Part shown: positions 19,387 to 27,938 of the stretch, piece after piece | How positions within the stretch are numbered: position 1 is the first letter of the stretch | Layout: each line of letters starts with the position of its first letter | Source: Elusimicrobiota bacterium | GTDB lineage: Bacteria; Elusimicrobiota; Elusimicrobia; Elusimicrobiales; UBA9959 | Length of the DNA stretch: 64,000 nt | Assembly (NCBI GenBank): GCA_026388155.1 | Contig: JAPLKI010000006.1 | Location: 68,401-132,400 of the forward strand | Direction: 5' to 3' | Program-made: the position numbers and the translations under genes | The notes under the pieces: model-generated | Databases searched by the model: none | Told to the model about the DNA's origin: nothing | The model's input: the letters and a program-made list of their open reading frames with translations, nothing else

Positions 19387-22001
19387 GTGAAATTCTTCCC
19401 CGTCGCTGTGGCTGTGGCGATGACTACGACAGAGGAGAGCGTTTTGCTGGTATAGCTCACCGAGCCGGTCTGTACGTTCACCATGGGGTAAAAAGCGCGC
19501 ATTTGATAAGTGCCGCCGGAACGCACATCCAGGCTGTAGGTCCCGTCCGCCTGGCTTGAGACGGAATAAAGAATGGTCTGCGCGGGGGAGGTCTGGGCGT
19601 AAACGGCCGGCAGGGGGTCGGGGACGGCCGCCGTGCTTGCGACTATCAGCACGCCGGTGGTGATAGCGGCGCCGCCGTTAGTGACGCTCCCCGTAATAGT
19701 TCCCATGCCGCCCACTACCGTGATAGTTCCTACCTGAACGGTGCCTCCGGCGGTGGTAACCAGGGCCAGAAGAGGGCTTGTGGGCGCCGTAGTATAAGTC
19801 TGGAGCGGATCCAGCTCGGGCGTAACGGTGTAGTAGCTTGCCGAGACTGGCGCGTTGATATAGAAGTACCCCGTATTATCGCTGACGTCCTGATATACAT
19901 CCTGGTTCAGAATCGCCGTGACCGTGATATTGGGAAGAGCGCCCGTTCCGGGGGTGACATACCCCTTTATGACTCCGACCCGGGACAGATGAAAATCGGG
20001 TACGGTCGTTACCGCCCCCTGCGTTATATTGACGATAGCGTCGCTGGTGCCGTAGCTTGAGTCGGCCGAATTGTAATTGGCGGTAAGCGCCGCGGTGCCG
20101 ACAGGCAAAGCCAGAAGATACCAGCCCTTTGCGTCGGTAACGGTGGAAGCCCCGTTATTCGCCCACACCGTTTTTCCCGCCAAAGGCGCGGTATAGGCCG
20201 TATCCACGCCGTAAACGAAACCGGAAGCCAGACCGCCGGTATAGGTGGAAGTGAGCGCCGTGTAGCTGAAACCGGAGGCGGGCCAGGAAGACACGGTGAT
20301 GCCGTTGGGAACGCCTGTGCTTACATTCTGCGTCACTATGACGGTGGAAATAGTCTGCATGTAGTTCCCCGACACGACCGTAACTTTCCAGGTGCCGGTG
20401 GCAACTCCCACTAAAGTAAAAGACGAAACAGGGCAGACCTGCCCCTGAGCGCCGGTCACTGAACTGTTGAACGCCAGCGCCGCCGCGGATTGTCCGTCGT
20501 CGGCGAAAACATAAGCGGACGTCGCCGGCGCGCCGGAGAGTATGGTCTGGGCGGTAAGGCTGGAGGATCTGCTGAAAGGCTTATAAGAGATGCCGGCCGC
20601 GGTGAGGGCATTGTTGTAGTAAAAACTGGTCGCGTTATTGCCGCTGTCATAGGCCCTGCCGTAGGTTATCCCCACGGCGCAGGGCGTGGAAAACCGCACT
20701 ATCTGGTCGCCCTGAAGCAGGCCGTGGGGGGTCGCCCCGCCGTTAAACGGTATGCAGTTGCCTTCGCACTGCGCGGGGTCTGACTCGTGAGTCCAGCCGA
20801 CGGCGTCAAGGGGATTGCCGCCGCTGTCGGTCAGCCAGACGGCCCCGTTATGGCCCGACTGGATAAGCCGCTTGACGAGCGGCGCGGACCAGTCCGGCGG
20901 AGCGGGGGAACAGGAAATGTTGGCTGTGTCCGTGTAATAGGCGTCGGCGGTATAATTTGTTCCCATCACCGTGACCGAAGACCTGTTCGCTATCAGGTAA
21001 TAACCGCCGGGGGCTACGGAGGTGTTTACATAGTTCAGGTTGACATCCTGGCAGGTTCTGGCGGCGCCGCAGGTAGAGGCGATGTTCAGGTTTATAGAAT
21101 GCGCGGAAATGCTGCTGCCGACGGTAATAGCGGCGGTGGTGGGATTGAACAGCTCGATATACTGGGCGTCAAAACTGCCGGGCGCCTGAACTGTTGAAGC
21201 CACCACCTGGCTTATGAGCAGGCCGGGGCTTACGGTGTAAACGCTGGCTGAGCCCACCGTGCCGGTACCAATACGGACCAGCGAAAAATTTTGCGCCGTA
21301 TATGCGCCGTCGGCGACATAAACGGGAGCGCTGGTGGGGTTGGAATAGAAGCCCGCCGAAGAGCAGACAAGAGTATAGCTTCCCGTAACCACCTGGAAAG
21401 TGTACTTGCCGTCGGAGCCCGAGTAGCCCTTCCACCTTGGAGAGCCTATCACCTGAACCAGCGCTCCGGCAAGATTGCCGCCGCCGCTGATGGTCACGGT
21501 ACCGTTAAATCCCGAGTTTAAAGTGACAGCATCGGGATTCTGGTAGTAGCTGTCCAGCTGGACTTTCTTTTTCACCCCGCGCTCCGACCACAGAACATAA
21601 ACGGTTATCCTCTTCATGCCGGGATCATCCGAAGAGTAAGGGACCGTGGAAACGCTGGTTCCGGAAACTGACGCATAATCCACATTTACGACCCGCGTAA
21701 AAGCCTGTGATCCCCACATAGCAAAGATTTCAGGGGGATAATTGCTCGAGTCATATACAAAATTGGGGCTATAACCGGAACTGACCGCCGGGTTAACGGT
21801 CACCAGAAGCTGATAATAGGATTTGTTTTTCAACATCTCCATTTTTTCCTGGGCCAGGTTGGTGGCGATGGTTTTAAGGCGGGCCTGGGAGATCGCCATG
21901 TTAATATACTTAAAAGCCCCCATGCTGGCCAGCACGCCGAAAGTAATAACAGCCACGGCGATCATGAGTTCGATAAATGTCGCGCCTTTTCTGTTTAACA
22001 T
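19377..22001 (-). CDS. giant prepilin-type protein (875 aa) with Thr/Ser/Gly/Val-rich beta-sandwich repeats (putative pilus tip adhesin)
   Basis: leader MLNRKG|ATFIELMIAVAVITFG (Glu+5); start set to ATG 21999-22001 rather than upstream TTG; long low-complexity T/S/G/V region. Confidence 0.7.
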   Translation of the reverse strand: MLNRKGATFIELMIAVAVITFGVLASMGAFKYINMAISQARLKTIATNLAQEKMEMLKNKSYYQLLVTVNPAVSSGYSPNFVYDSSNYPPEIFAMWGSQAFTRVVNVDYASVSGTSVSTVPYSSDDPGMKRITVYVLWSERGVKKKVQLDSYYQNPDAVTLNSGFNGTVTISGGGNLAGALVQVIGSPRWKGYSGSDGKYTFQVVTGSYTLVCSSAGFYSNPTSAPVYVADGAYTAQNFSLVRIGTGTVGSASVYTVSPGLLISQVVASTVQAPGSFDAQYIELFNPTTAAITVGSSISAHSINLNIASTCGAARTCQDVNLNYVNTSVAPGGYYLIANRSSVTVMGTNYTADAYYTDTANISCSPAPPDWSAPLVKRLIQSGHNGAVWLTDSGGNPLDAVGWTHESDPAQCEGNCIPFNGGATPHGLLQGDQIVRFSTPCAVGITYGRAYDSGNNATSFYYNNALTAAGISYKPFSRSSSLTAQTILSGAPATSAYVFADDGQSAAALAFNSSVTGAQGQVCPVSSFTLVGVATGTWKVTVVSGNYMQTISTVIVTQNVSTGVPNGITVSSWPASGFSYTALTSTYTGGLASGFVYGVDTAYTAPLAGKTVWANNGASTVTDAKGWYLLALPVGTAALTANYNSADSSYGTSDAIVNITQGAVTTVPDFHLSRVGVIKGYVTPGTGALPNITVTAILNQDVYQDVSDNTGYFYINAPVSASYYTVTPELDPLQTYTTAPTSPLLALVTTAGGTVQVGTITVVGGMGTITGSVTNGGAAITTGVLIVASTAAVPDPLPAVYAQTSPAQTILYSVSSQADGTYSLDVRSGGTYQMRAFYPMVNVQTGSVSYTSKTLSSVVVIATATATGKNFTWP

Positions 22002-22093
22002 AAGTCGAGGGTACAAGTGATTCAAGATTTAAGATTTAAGACTTAAAATTCCCTTCTTACTCTTCCTAACCTTAAAGCCAATCTTGAATCCGG

Positions 22094-22110
22094 AATCTTG
22101 AATCTTCAAT
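22094..22110 (-). promoter_or_regulatory. 17-mer ATTGAAGATTCAAGATT (gene-sense) upstream of pilin operon; embedded in AAGATT/AATCTTGA repeat cluster
   Basis: exact 17-nt match to 24958-24974 in same orientation relative to downstream gene; flanked by caagatttaagatttaagactt and aatcttgaatccggaatcttga. Confidence 0.35.
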
Positions 22111-22151
22111 ATTTTTTGCTTTACCGGTTACTGTTCCTTACAGCTTTCCAC

Positions 22152-22967
22152 CTACGGATACGACCCGGCATCCTCCTCGGCGGCGGGGGGCGGCGGGGCG
22201 GCGGGCGTGGCGCCGGCGGCGGGCTCGTTAGCCATTATATCCTCTTTGGGCTCCGGGGCCTTGGCCGGAACCGCGGCTTTTTTCTTTAAAACGCGCTTTT
22301 TTTTGTGCGCGGGCGGCCGGACCGAGTCATGTTCCTTATCCACCATCACAGAGCCGGGCTCCTCTTCGGCGGCGGCTTTAGCGGCTTCGTCCGGCTGGGC
22401 CGCCGGGACGGCGTCAGAGACTTCATCCGGCGTGGGAAGGCGTTTCTTTTTTAACACCCTGTGTTTCCTGACAGGCTTCGGCGCGGCGGACTTACCGGGA
22501 ACGGCCGGCGTTTCGGCCACTGCCGGCTCCTCTTGCGGGGCGGATTTGTTTTTCGCGTCCAGCATGGCGGCGTAGCTCTGGCGCTGTTCTTCGTCAAGAG
22601 AATCTTTTATAAGGTCCGATATGGAGCGGTTTATCTGCAGAAGGCCGCGGCGCTGCCCATCCACTTTATAGCGCAGGTTTTTTTCCTCGGCCGAGGTCTT
22701 GTCGTACTCCTTCATCAGCCTGTCAAATTCTTTAGCCTTTTTGTCTATGGCGTCGGTCAGCCGCGATTCCTGCTTTGAGCTCAGGCGCAGAGGGGAAAGT
22801 TCGAGCATTATTCTCTGGGAGTTCGGCCTCTGCACCGCTTCCACGGACTCCGCTGTGGGCTCATCGGCGGCCCCCTGCTGACCGTCAGCGGAAGCGGGGT
22901 TTGAGTCCTGCGCCCCGGCAAAAGCGAAAGGCCAGGCAAGTATTGCCGCGATCATGATCTTTTTCAT
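22152..22967 (-). CDS. secreted K/E/A/P-rich coiled-coil protein
   Basis: signal peptide MKKIMIAAILAWPFAFAGA; charged helical middle; Pro/Ala-rich C-terminus. Confidence 0.5.
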   Translation of the reverse strand: MKKIMIAAILAWPFAFAGAQDSNPASADGQQGAADEPTAESVEAVQRPNSQRIMLELSPLRLSSKQESRLTDAIDKKAKEFDRLMKEYDKTSAEEKNLRYKVDGQRRGLLQINRSISDLIKDSLDEEQRQSYAAMLDAKNKSAPQEEPAVAETPAVPGKSAAPKPVRKHRVLKKKRLPTPDEVSDAVPAAQPDEAAKAAAEEEPGSVMVDKEHDSVRPPAHKKKRVLKKKAAVPAKAPEPKEDIMANEPAAGATPAAPPPPAAEEDAGSYP

Positions 22968-23116
22968 TTTCCCCTCCTACAGATAAAATAAATTTTCCAA
23001 TAAAACACCGCCAACCGCCTGAAGTTGCATTGACCTATTATAACATAAACCGGTATTTGACATTGGCGGGATTCATTGTTATATTATTACAGATATCGGC
23101 CTAAGGGCGGGCAAGT

Positions 23117-23169
23117 CCCGCACTTTTTCCGAAGAGGGCCAAAGTGCGGGGCAAGGGAGAACACAAAAA
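23117..23169 (+). promoter_or_regulatory. Family-B hairpin copy B2 fused to SD (…AAAGTGCGGGGCAAGGGAG–N12–ATG)
   Basis: cccgcactttttccgaagagggccaaagtgcggggcaagggagaacacaaaaaATG. Confidence 0.5.
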
Positions 23170-24009
23170 ATGTACCCGGAAAGAAAAACATCAAACTGGA
23201 AACTATTGCTTTATATGTCGCCTGTTTACATTGCCATAATCGTAGGCATACCGATGGTGAAACACGCAATGACTAAAAAAACGGCGGATACGGAGATTTC
23301 CAACGCGCCTAAAGCCGTCAATGCCCCGCTGGGCGAAATTAAAAAAGCCGGCGCCCCGCAGTACGGCACGGAGCAGCCCAACACCGGCACCCCGCTCAAT
23401 TACGAACCGGAAAAAACCGCCGCCGCAAGGCCGGCGCCCGCGGCGGAGCCCGTCAAACAGCCGGCCGCGCAGCCGGAGGCGCGCAAAAGCGGGGCCGGAG
23501 GCGAGCGGCAAACGCCTAAGCCGCGCAACCCCAAAGAAGCGCGGAAGGACATGTCTATCGGCTACACCAAGGACTATATTACCTACATGGCGGGCAAGAA
23601 CCTGTCCGTAAAAGGCGTGAGCGCCCTTTTAAACAACTCTTTCGTGGTTAAAGGCTTCATGGCAAGAGGCACGGTAAAAGCGGCTTTAGGCAGCCCTCAG
23701 GGTTTGCAGAATTATCTTTCAAACTCCGAGGCCGTGAATAGTTTTTTGAATAAGAGCGTGATAAAGGCGGGCATGGGGAACCAGCAGCTGATGAACGCCG
23801 TGTTCTCAAGCGAGCTGGCCAACGCCGTCCTGGATACGCCGGCGATGCAGAACCTGCTGAAACACCCTGACGCCTTGAACAATCTGATGGTTTCCAATCC
23901 GCAGATAGCCATGACGCTGGCCACCAACCCCAATATCATGAACGCCCTGATGAACAATCCCCGGACAGCCGGCGCGGCGGGCAAAATGAATATGGGCGGC
24001 ATGCCGTAA
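23170..24009 (+). CDS. membrane-anchored protein with Pro/Ala-rich linker and C-terminal STI1-like NP-x5-L repeat domain (paralog 1)
   Basis: N-terminal TM (LLLYMSPVYIAIIVGIP); C-terminal …NPQIAMTLATNPNIMNALMNNP…; 45-55% identical to adjacent gene. Confidence 0.5.
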   Translation: MYPERKTSNWKLLLYMSPVYIAIIVGIPMVKHAMTKKTADTEISNAPKAVNAPLGEIKKAGAPQYGTEQPNTGTPLNYEPEKTAAARPAPAAEPVKQPAAQPEARKSGAGGERQTPKPRNPKEARKDMSIGYTKDYITYMAGKNLSVKGVSALLNNSFVVKGFMARGTVKAALGSPQGLQNYLSNSEAVNSFLNKSVIKAGMGNQQLMNAVFSSELANAVLDTPAMQNLLKHPDALNNLMVSNPQIAMTLATNPNIMNALMNNPRTAGAAGKMNMGGMP

Positions 24010-24030
24010 AGGCGGCAGGGGCACATTTTT

Positions 24031-24900
24031 ATGGAAGAAAAAGATAAAAAATCAAGCTGGAAAATATGGCTGTATCTGACGCCTGTTTACATTCTCATAG
24101 CCATACCCCTGATACAATGGACAAAGAAGGTAAATTTAGGGGATGTGGACGTTTCAAAGGACGAAGAAACGGTTTTTAATTCCTCCGAGGGAGAAATAAA
24201 AAAAAGCACTGTCGTTTACACCCCTAACCTGGAAGATAACGTTCTTTCGCTGCATTACAAGAGGGGCTCCGGAACGCAAACAGGCGACGGGCCGAGAGAA
24301 CCGGATAACGCGAAAACGCGGGGCTCGGGCAAAACACAGAACCCCGGCAAAGCGCAAAACCCCGCCGCCCGCCCGCGGGATACTAAAGGCGCGGCCGACG
24401 ATCGGCAGTCGCCGCTGGCCGGCCTGCGGACGCAGGAACAGAGGGGTTTCGGCTTCAAAGAAGGCTATCTTAGCTACGCTGTCGGAAAATTCATGAATAA
24501 CCCGAAAGCTCTGGGCGCGATTTTAAACAACAAATACGTTATCAACGGGTTTATGTCCAGGGACAATGTAAAAGCCGCCACGGCAAGCCCCCAGGCTTTG
24601 GCTAATTACCTGAAAAGCGGAACCGCGATAACTAATTTCATGAAGGACAGCGTTGTGCAAAGCGCCTTTAACAATCCGAAGGCGCTTGACGCCATGGCGT
24701 CAAGCGGGATGGTGACCGCTTTGCTGGACACACCCGCCGGCAAAGCCCTGCTGAACAATCCCCAGGCCATGGCCGACATCGTCACCGCGAACCCGGAACT
24801 GCTGGGATTGATGAAGGACCCTAAGATCATGGGCCTGCTGATGAGCAATCCGAACGCCAGCAACTACATCAACCAGATGAACGTAGGCGGCGGGCGGTAA
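24031..24900 (+). CDS. tandem paralog of 23170..24009 (STI1-like repeat protein, paralog 2)
   Basis: same architecture: TM (IWLYLTPVYILIAIPLI), low-complexity linker, …LLNNPQAMADIVTANPELLGLMKDPKIMGLLMSNP…. Confidence 0.5.
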   Translation: MEEKDKKSSWKIWLYLTPVYILIAIPLIQWTKKVNLGDVDVSKDEETVFNSSEGEIKKSTVVYTPNLEDNVLSLHYKRGSGTQTGDGPREPDNAKTRGSGKTQNPGKAQNPAARPRDTKGAADDRQSPLAGLRTQEQRGFGFKEGYLSYAVGKFMNNPKALGAILNNKYVINGFMSRDNVKAATASPQALANYLKSGTAITNFMKDSVVQSAFNNPKALDAMASSGMVTALLDTPAGKALLNNPQAMADIVTANPELLGLMKDPKIMGLLMSNPNASNYINQMNVGGGR

Positions 24901-24957
24901 ACGCCAGGGTGAAGCCGGGGGTAGCCAGTAACCAGTATCCGGTAACCGGTAAAAAAC

Positions 24958-24974
24958 ATTGAAGATTCAAGATT
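24958..24974 (+). promoter_or_regulatory. 17-mer ATTGAAGATTCAAGATT upstream of S8 peptidase gene
   Basis: identical to gene-sense motif upstream of pilin operon (22094-22110). Confidence 0.35.
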
Positions 24975-25063
24975 GAAGATATTAATTGTAACCCGTTGGT
25001 TGCTAAACCGCCAGCCTCTGTGCCCCTTAGACTCTTGACTCCCAGACTCTTAGACTTGCAGCT

Positions 25064-25092
25064 TATCTTGACTTTTATCAAACAAAAGTCCT
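25064..25092 (+). promoter_or_regulatory. sigma70-like promoter candidate (TTGACT-18-TATATT)
   Basis: ttgacttttatcaaacaaaagtcctatatt ~40 nt before ATG 25130. Confidence 0.35.
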
Positions 25093-25129
25093 ATATTTGG
25101 AGTTCTTGATATTCACGCTGGGAGGAAAA

Positions 25130-26332
25130 ATGAAGAAATTACTCTGGATATTTGCCGGCGCGCTGCTGATGAGCGCGGCCCGCGCGCAGGCTTCGCAGAA
25201 AATTATAAGCTTTGATCCGGCCTACCGCGGCGGCGCCATGGCGAAAAGCATTGAAGACATCGGCGGAAAGGTGACAAAGGAATTTAAAATAATAGACGCC
25301 CTGGTAGCTGTTTTTCCTGATGCCATTAAAGACGCCAGCATTTACGCCCTCAAAGGAGTTACAACCGTTGAAGAGGACAAATATATCAAATGGATAGAGG
25401 AAACCCCCCTGTCCATGACGGGAAACCCGCTTCCCACCATGGAGCAGGCGATGGACCTGATACGCGCAGGCGCGGGCCTGCCTGTTTTCGGGGACAGCAA
25501 ACCCGCCGCGGACCCGGCGCTCGCTGAAATACCCTGGGGCGTGAAGCGCGTAAACGCTTCCGGCGCATGGAATTTCACCGAAGGCGCGGGAGTTAAGGTG
25601 GCTATTATAGACACCGGCATGGACTACAACCACCCTGACCTGAAAGCTAATTACGCCGGCGGCTATAACGCCATTGTCTCTACGATGACCCCCATGGACG
25701 ACCACGGCCACGGCACACATGTGTCCGGCACCATAGGCGCGGTGAGGGATTCTGTTGGCGTGGTGGGCATAGCCCCCAGGGCAAGCCTTTACGCCGTGAA
25801 AGTGCTGGACAAGAACGGCTCCGGCACATATTCCAATGTCATTTCAGGCATCGAATGGGCGGCCCAGAACAAAATGAATGTCATCAACATGAGCCTGGGC
25901 GGCGGCGGTTCGGTGGACGCCATGGCAAAAGTCATGACGGCGGCAAACCAGGCCGGCGTCACCATAGTCTGCGCGGCCGGCAATGATTCGGGCCCGGTAA
26001 ATTACCCGGCCAAATACCCCGAAGCTATAGCTGTTTCCGCATCCGATTCAGGCGACAAGATAGCTTCCTTCTCCTCAAGAGGAGCTGAGATCGCCTTTAT
26101 AGCGCCCGGCGTTAATATTTATTCCACCTACAAAGGCGGGAAATACACGACCATGTCGGGAACCTCCATGGCCTGCCCTCATATGGCGGGCCTGGCGGCT
26201 TTGGCGGTGGCGGCCGGGGCAAAAACTCCGGCGGCGGTACGGGAAGCCCTAACCAAATCGGCTTCAAGCCTGGGCCTTAAGCCTGTTGAAGAAGGCGCGG
26301 GCCTTGTAGACGCGGCAAAGATCGCGCATTAA
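25130..26332 (+). CDS. subtilisin-family serine peptidase S8 with propeptide
   Basis: signal peptide; catalytic triad blocks VAIIDTG (Asp), HGTHVSGTIGA (His), GTSMACPH (Ser); GGGAGG RBS. Confidence 0.85.
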   Translation: MKKLLWIFAGALLMSAARAQASQKIISFDPAYRGGAMAKSIEDIGGKVTKEFKIIDALVAVFPDAIKDASIYALKGVTTVEEDKYIKWIEETPLSMTGNPLPTMEQAMDLIRAGAGLPVFGDSKPAADPALAEIPWGVKRVNASGAWNFTEGAGVKVAIIDTGMDYNHPDLKANYAGGYNAIVSTMTPMDDHGHGTHVSGTIGAVRDSVGVVGIAPRASLYAVKVLDKNGSGTYSNVISGIEWAAQNKMNVINMSLGGGGSVDAMAKVMTAANQAGVTIVCAAGNDSGPVNYPAKYPEAIAVSASDSGDKIASFSSRGAEIAFIAPGVNIYSTYKGGKYTTMSGTSMACPHMAGLAALAVAAGAKTPAAVREALTKSASSLGLKPVEEGAGLVDAAKIAH

Positions 26333-26361
26333 AGAATCGCTGGAATTAAGAGCGAACAATT

Positions 26362-26398
26362 AAAAGTCCCGCGGAAATATTCCGCGGGACTTTTTTAA
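26362..26398. terminator. bidirectional rho-independent terminator
   Basis: aaaagtcccgcggaaatattccgcgggacttttttaa. Confidence 0.75.
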
Positions 26399-26400
26399 TT

Positions 26401-26460
26401 TTCCGCTAAGGAATTCCTTCCCTATTCGCTACTCGCTAACCCCTATACGCTTTCTTCAAC
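26401..26460. repeat. Family-A element copy A4 (inverted core AAGGAATTCCTTCCCT)
   Basis: ccgctaaggaattccttccctattcgctactcgctaacccctatacgc. Confidence 0.5.
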
Positions 26461-27176
26461 TACCAGCCGAGGTTTTCGCCGGTCAGCTGTCCGACGCGCT
26501 CCTGGACTATTTTATCCTTGTTGACTTTCCTGCTTTCGATGCTCTTCTTAAGATGGGCGAGGTCGCTCTCTATCCTTTTGACTTTTATGCCCTGGGCCAC
26601 AAGCCGCAGGTCAAAGAGTTCCGCGACTTTGGCCTTCAATTCGGCTTTTACACCCTCTTTGTCCGCATCGGCGGCCTTTTCATATTTGCGCGACAACCTT
26701 TTGGTCTCATATTCAAGGAAAAGACCGCGCACCGCGTCCGCCTCTATTTTATCGTCGTTCTCCATTCTGGCCTGTCCCAGCAGTTTCCCCGACATCATAA
26801 GCAGCATCTTGTATTCCCCGGGGGATGTTTCCTTGAGGCCGGTTATTGTTTCCGCGAATTTCGCGTCATGTTTCTTTATGACGCTTATAACTTCGTCCTC
26901 AGCAAGGAACATAGGTCCGCCGCCGCCTCTCAGACCGGGTTCGCCGAAGGGGGCCTCGCCGGCAAAACCCTTCTTAACTCCGCGCTTGGGCGCGAAGCCC
27001 TCTTTCTGGCGCTGCTGCATGTCCGGGCCCATTTCCTGGTCGGGGCCGGGAGCCTCTCTTTGCACGGATTCCCTCTCGTCCGGGCCGCCTCCGCCCTGGT
27101 CCTGTGCGGCGCTGTAAACCGCCGGAACCGCCAGTATAGCTGAAACCGCCGTTAAAAACACCAGTTTTCTGTTCAT
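26460..27176 (-). CDS. periplasmic helical protein co-transcribed with ECF sigma/anti-sigma (hypothetical)
   Basis: signal peptide MNRKLVFLTAVSAILAVPAVYSA; Gly/Pro-rich N-region then charged helices. Confidence 0.45.
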   Translation of the reverse strand: MNRKLVFLTAVSAILAVPAVYSAAQDQGGGGPDERESVQREAPGPDQEMGPDMQQRQKEGFAPKRGVKKGFAGEAPFGEPGLRGGGGPMFLAEDEVISVIKKHDAKFAETITGLKETSPGEYKMLLMMSGKLLGQARMENDDKIEADAVRGLFLEYETKRLSRKYEKAADADKEGVKAELKAKVAELFDLRLVAQGIKVKRIESDLAHLKKSIESRKVNKDKIVQERVGQLTGENLGW

Positions 27177-27238
27177 ACAATTTCTCCTTATTATACGCCT
27201 TCAACTCCCCTATCCCTCAGCCTTCAGCCCTATTCCTG

Positions 27239-27769
27239 TTATACGCTGTCCGCATTCGCGCCAGTTGCTATCTTTGACTCCAGGTCGGAATACTTGTAGT
27301 CGAAATCGGCCTGCCATAACGAGGTATTCTCCCCCTGAAGCTGGCAAATGCTGTACTCCGCCGCATCCAGCCTGCTCTCTATATCGCTTTTCCAGGACAC
27401 GTTCTTATATCCCGTTGAAGCGAAGCCGATGGCAAAAACGACCGCCAGCGCGGAAGCCGCGACAGTCCGGCGCCAGGGGAAACCGCGCTGCGGTGTCCCC
27501 TCAGCCGTTGGGAAAGGGTCAGCAAACGCCAGGATTTCAAGGAATCCGCGCGGACGCATATCATTGACAAGCTCAAGCACCTTTTCCGTTAAAGCGGCCG
27601 GAGGCTCGGAACCGGCGCTTTTAAGGTAAAGACCGGTCTCCGCAAGCGCGGCTATCTGGGCCGAGCAATACCGGCAGGCTTTTATATGGCGCTCCGCCTG
27701 GTACGCCGCGGAGCCGTCAAGCTCTCCGTAAAAGTACAGGATCGTTTTTTCCGCCTCTTCGCAGGTCAT
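27239..27769 (-). CDS. anti-sigma factor (zf-HC2 type)
   Basis: MTCEEAEK…HIKACRYCSAQ zinc-finger anti-sigma N-domain, followed by TM segment; downstream of ECF sigma. Confidence 0.65.
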   Translation of the reverse strand: MTCEEAEKTILYFYGELDGSAAYQAERHIKACRYCSAQIAALAETGLYLKSAGSEPPAALTEKVLELVNDMRPRGFLEILAFADPFPTAEGTPQRGFPWRRTVAASALAVVFAIGFASTGYKNVSWKSDIESRLDAAEYSICQLQGENTSLWQADFDYKYSDLESKIATGANADSV

Positions 27770-27799
27770 ATTCCCCTCCTACCCATATAACGCAAAATC

Positions 27800-27925
27800 C
27801 GGGGTTTTTATTGCAGGTCTTTGTTGGTACTGCTCAAGTAGACAGGATTCAGTAGTCAGAATCCAGAATAGGGAAGTTTACTCGTCACGGGTATTCTCAT
27901 TCTGACTACTGAATTCTGGCTACTG
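27800..27925. repeat. ~120-bp long hairpin (ATTCAGTAGTCAGAAT arms) between sigma and anti-sigma genes
   Basis: ggattcagtagtcagaatccagaata … tattctcattctgactactgaattctgg. Confidence 0.5.
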
Positions 27926-27938
27926 GATTCCTTAGCAG

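Noticed and set aside
22098-22289. 63-aa Gly/Arg-repeat ORF (GGGRRGGGRGAGGG)
   Set aside because: Antisense to the Pro/Ala-rich C-terminus of the secreted protein 22152..22967, so it is a compositional artefact.
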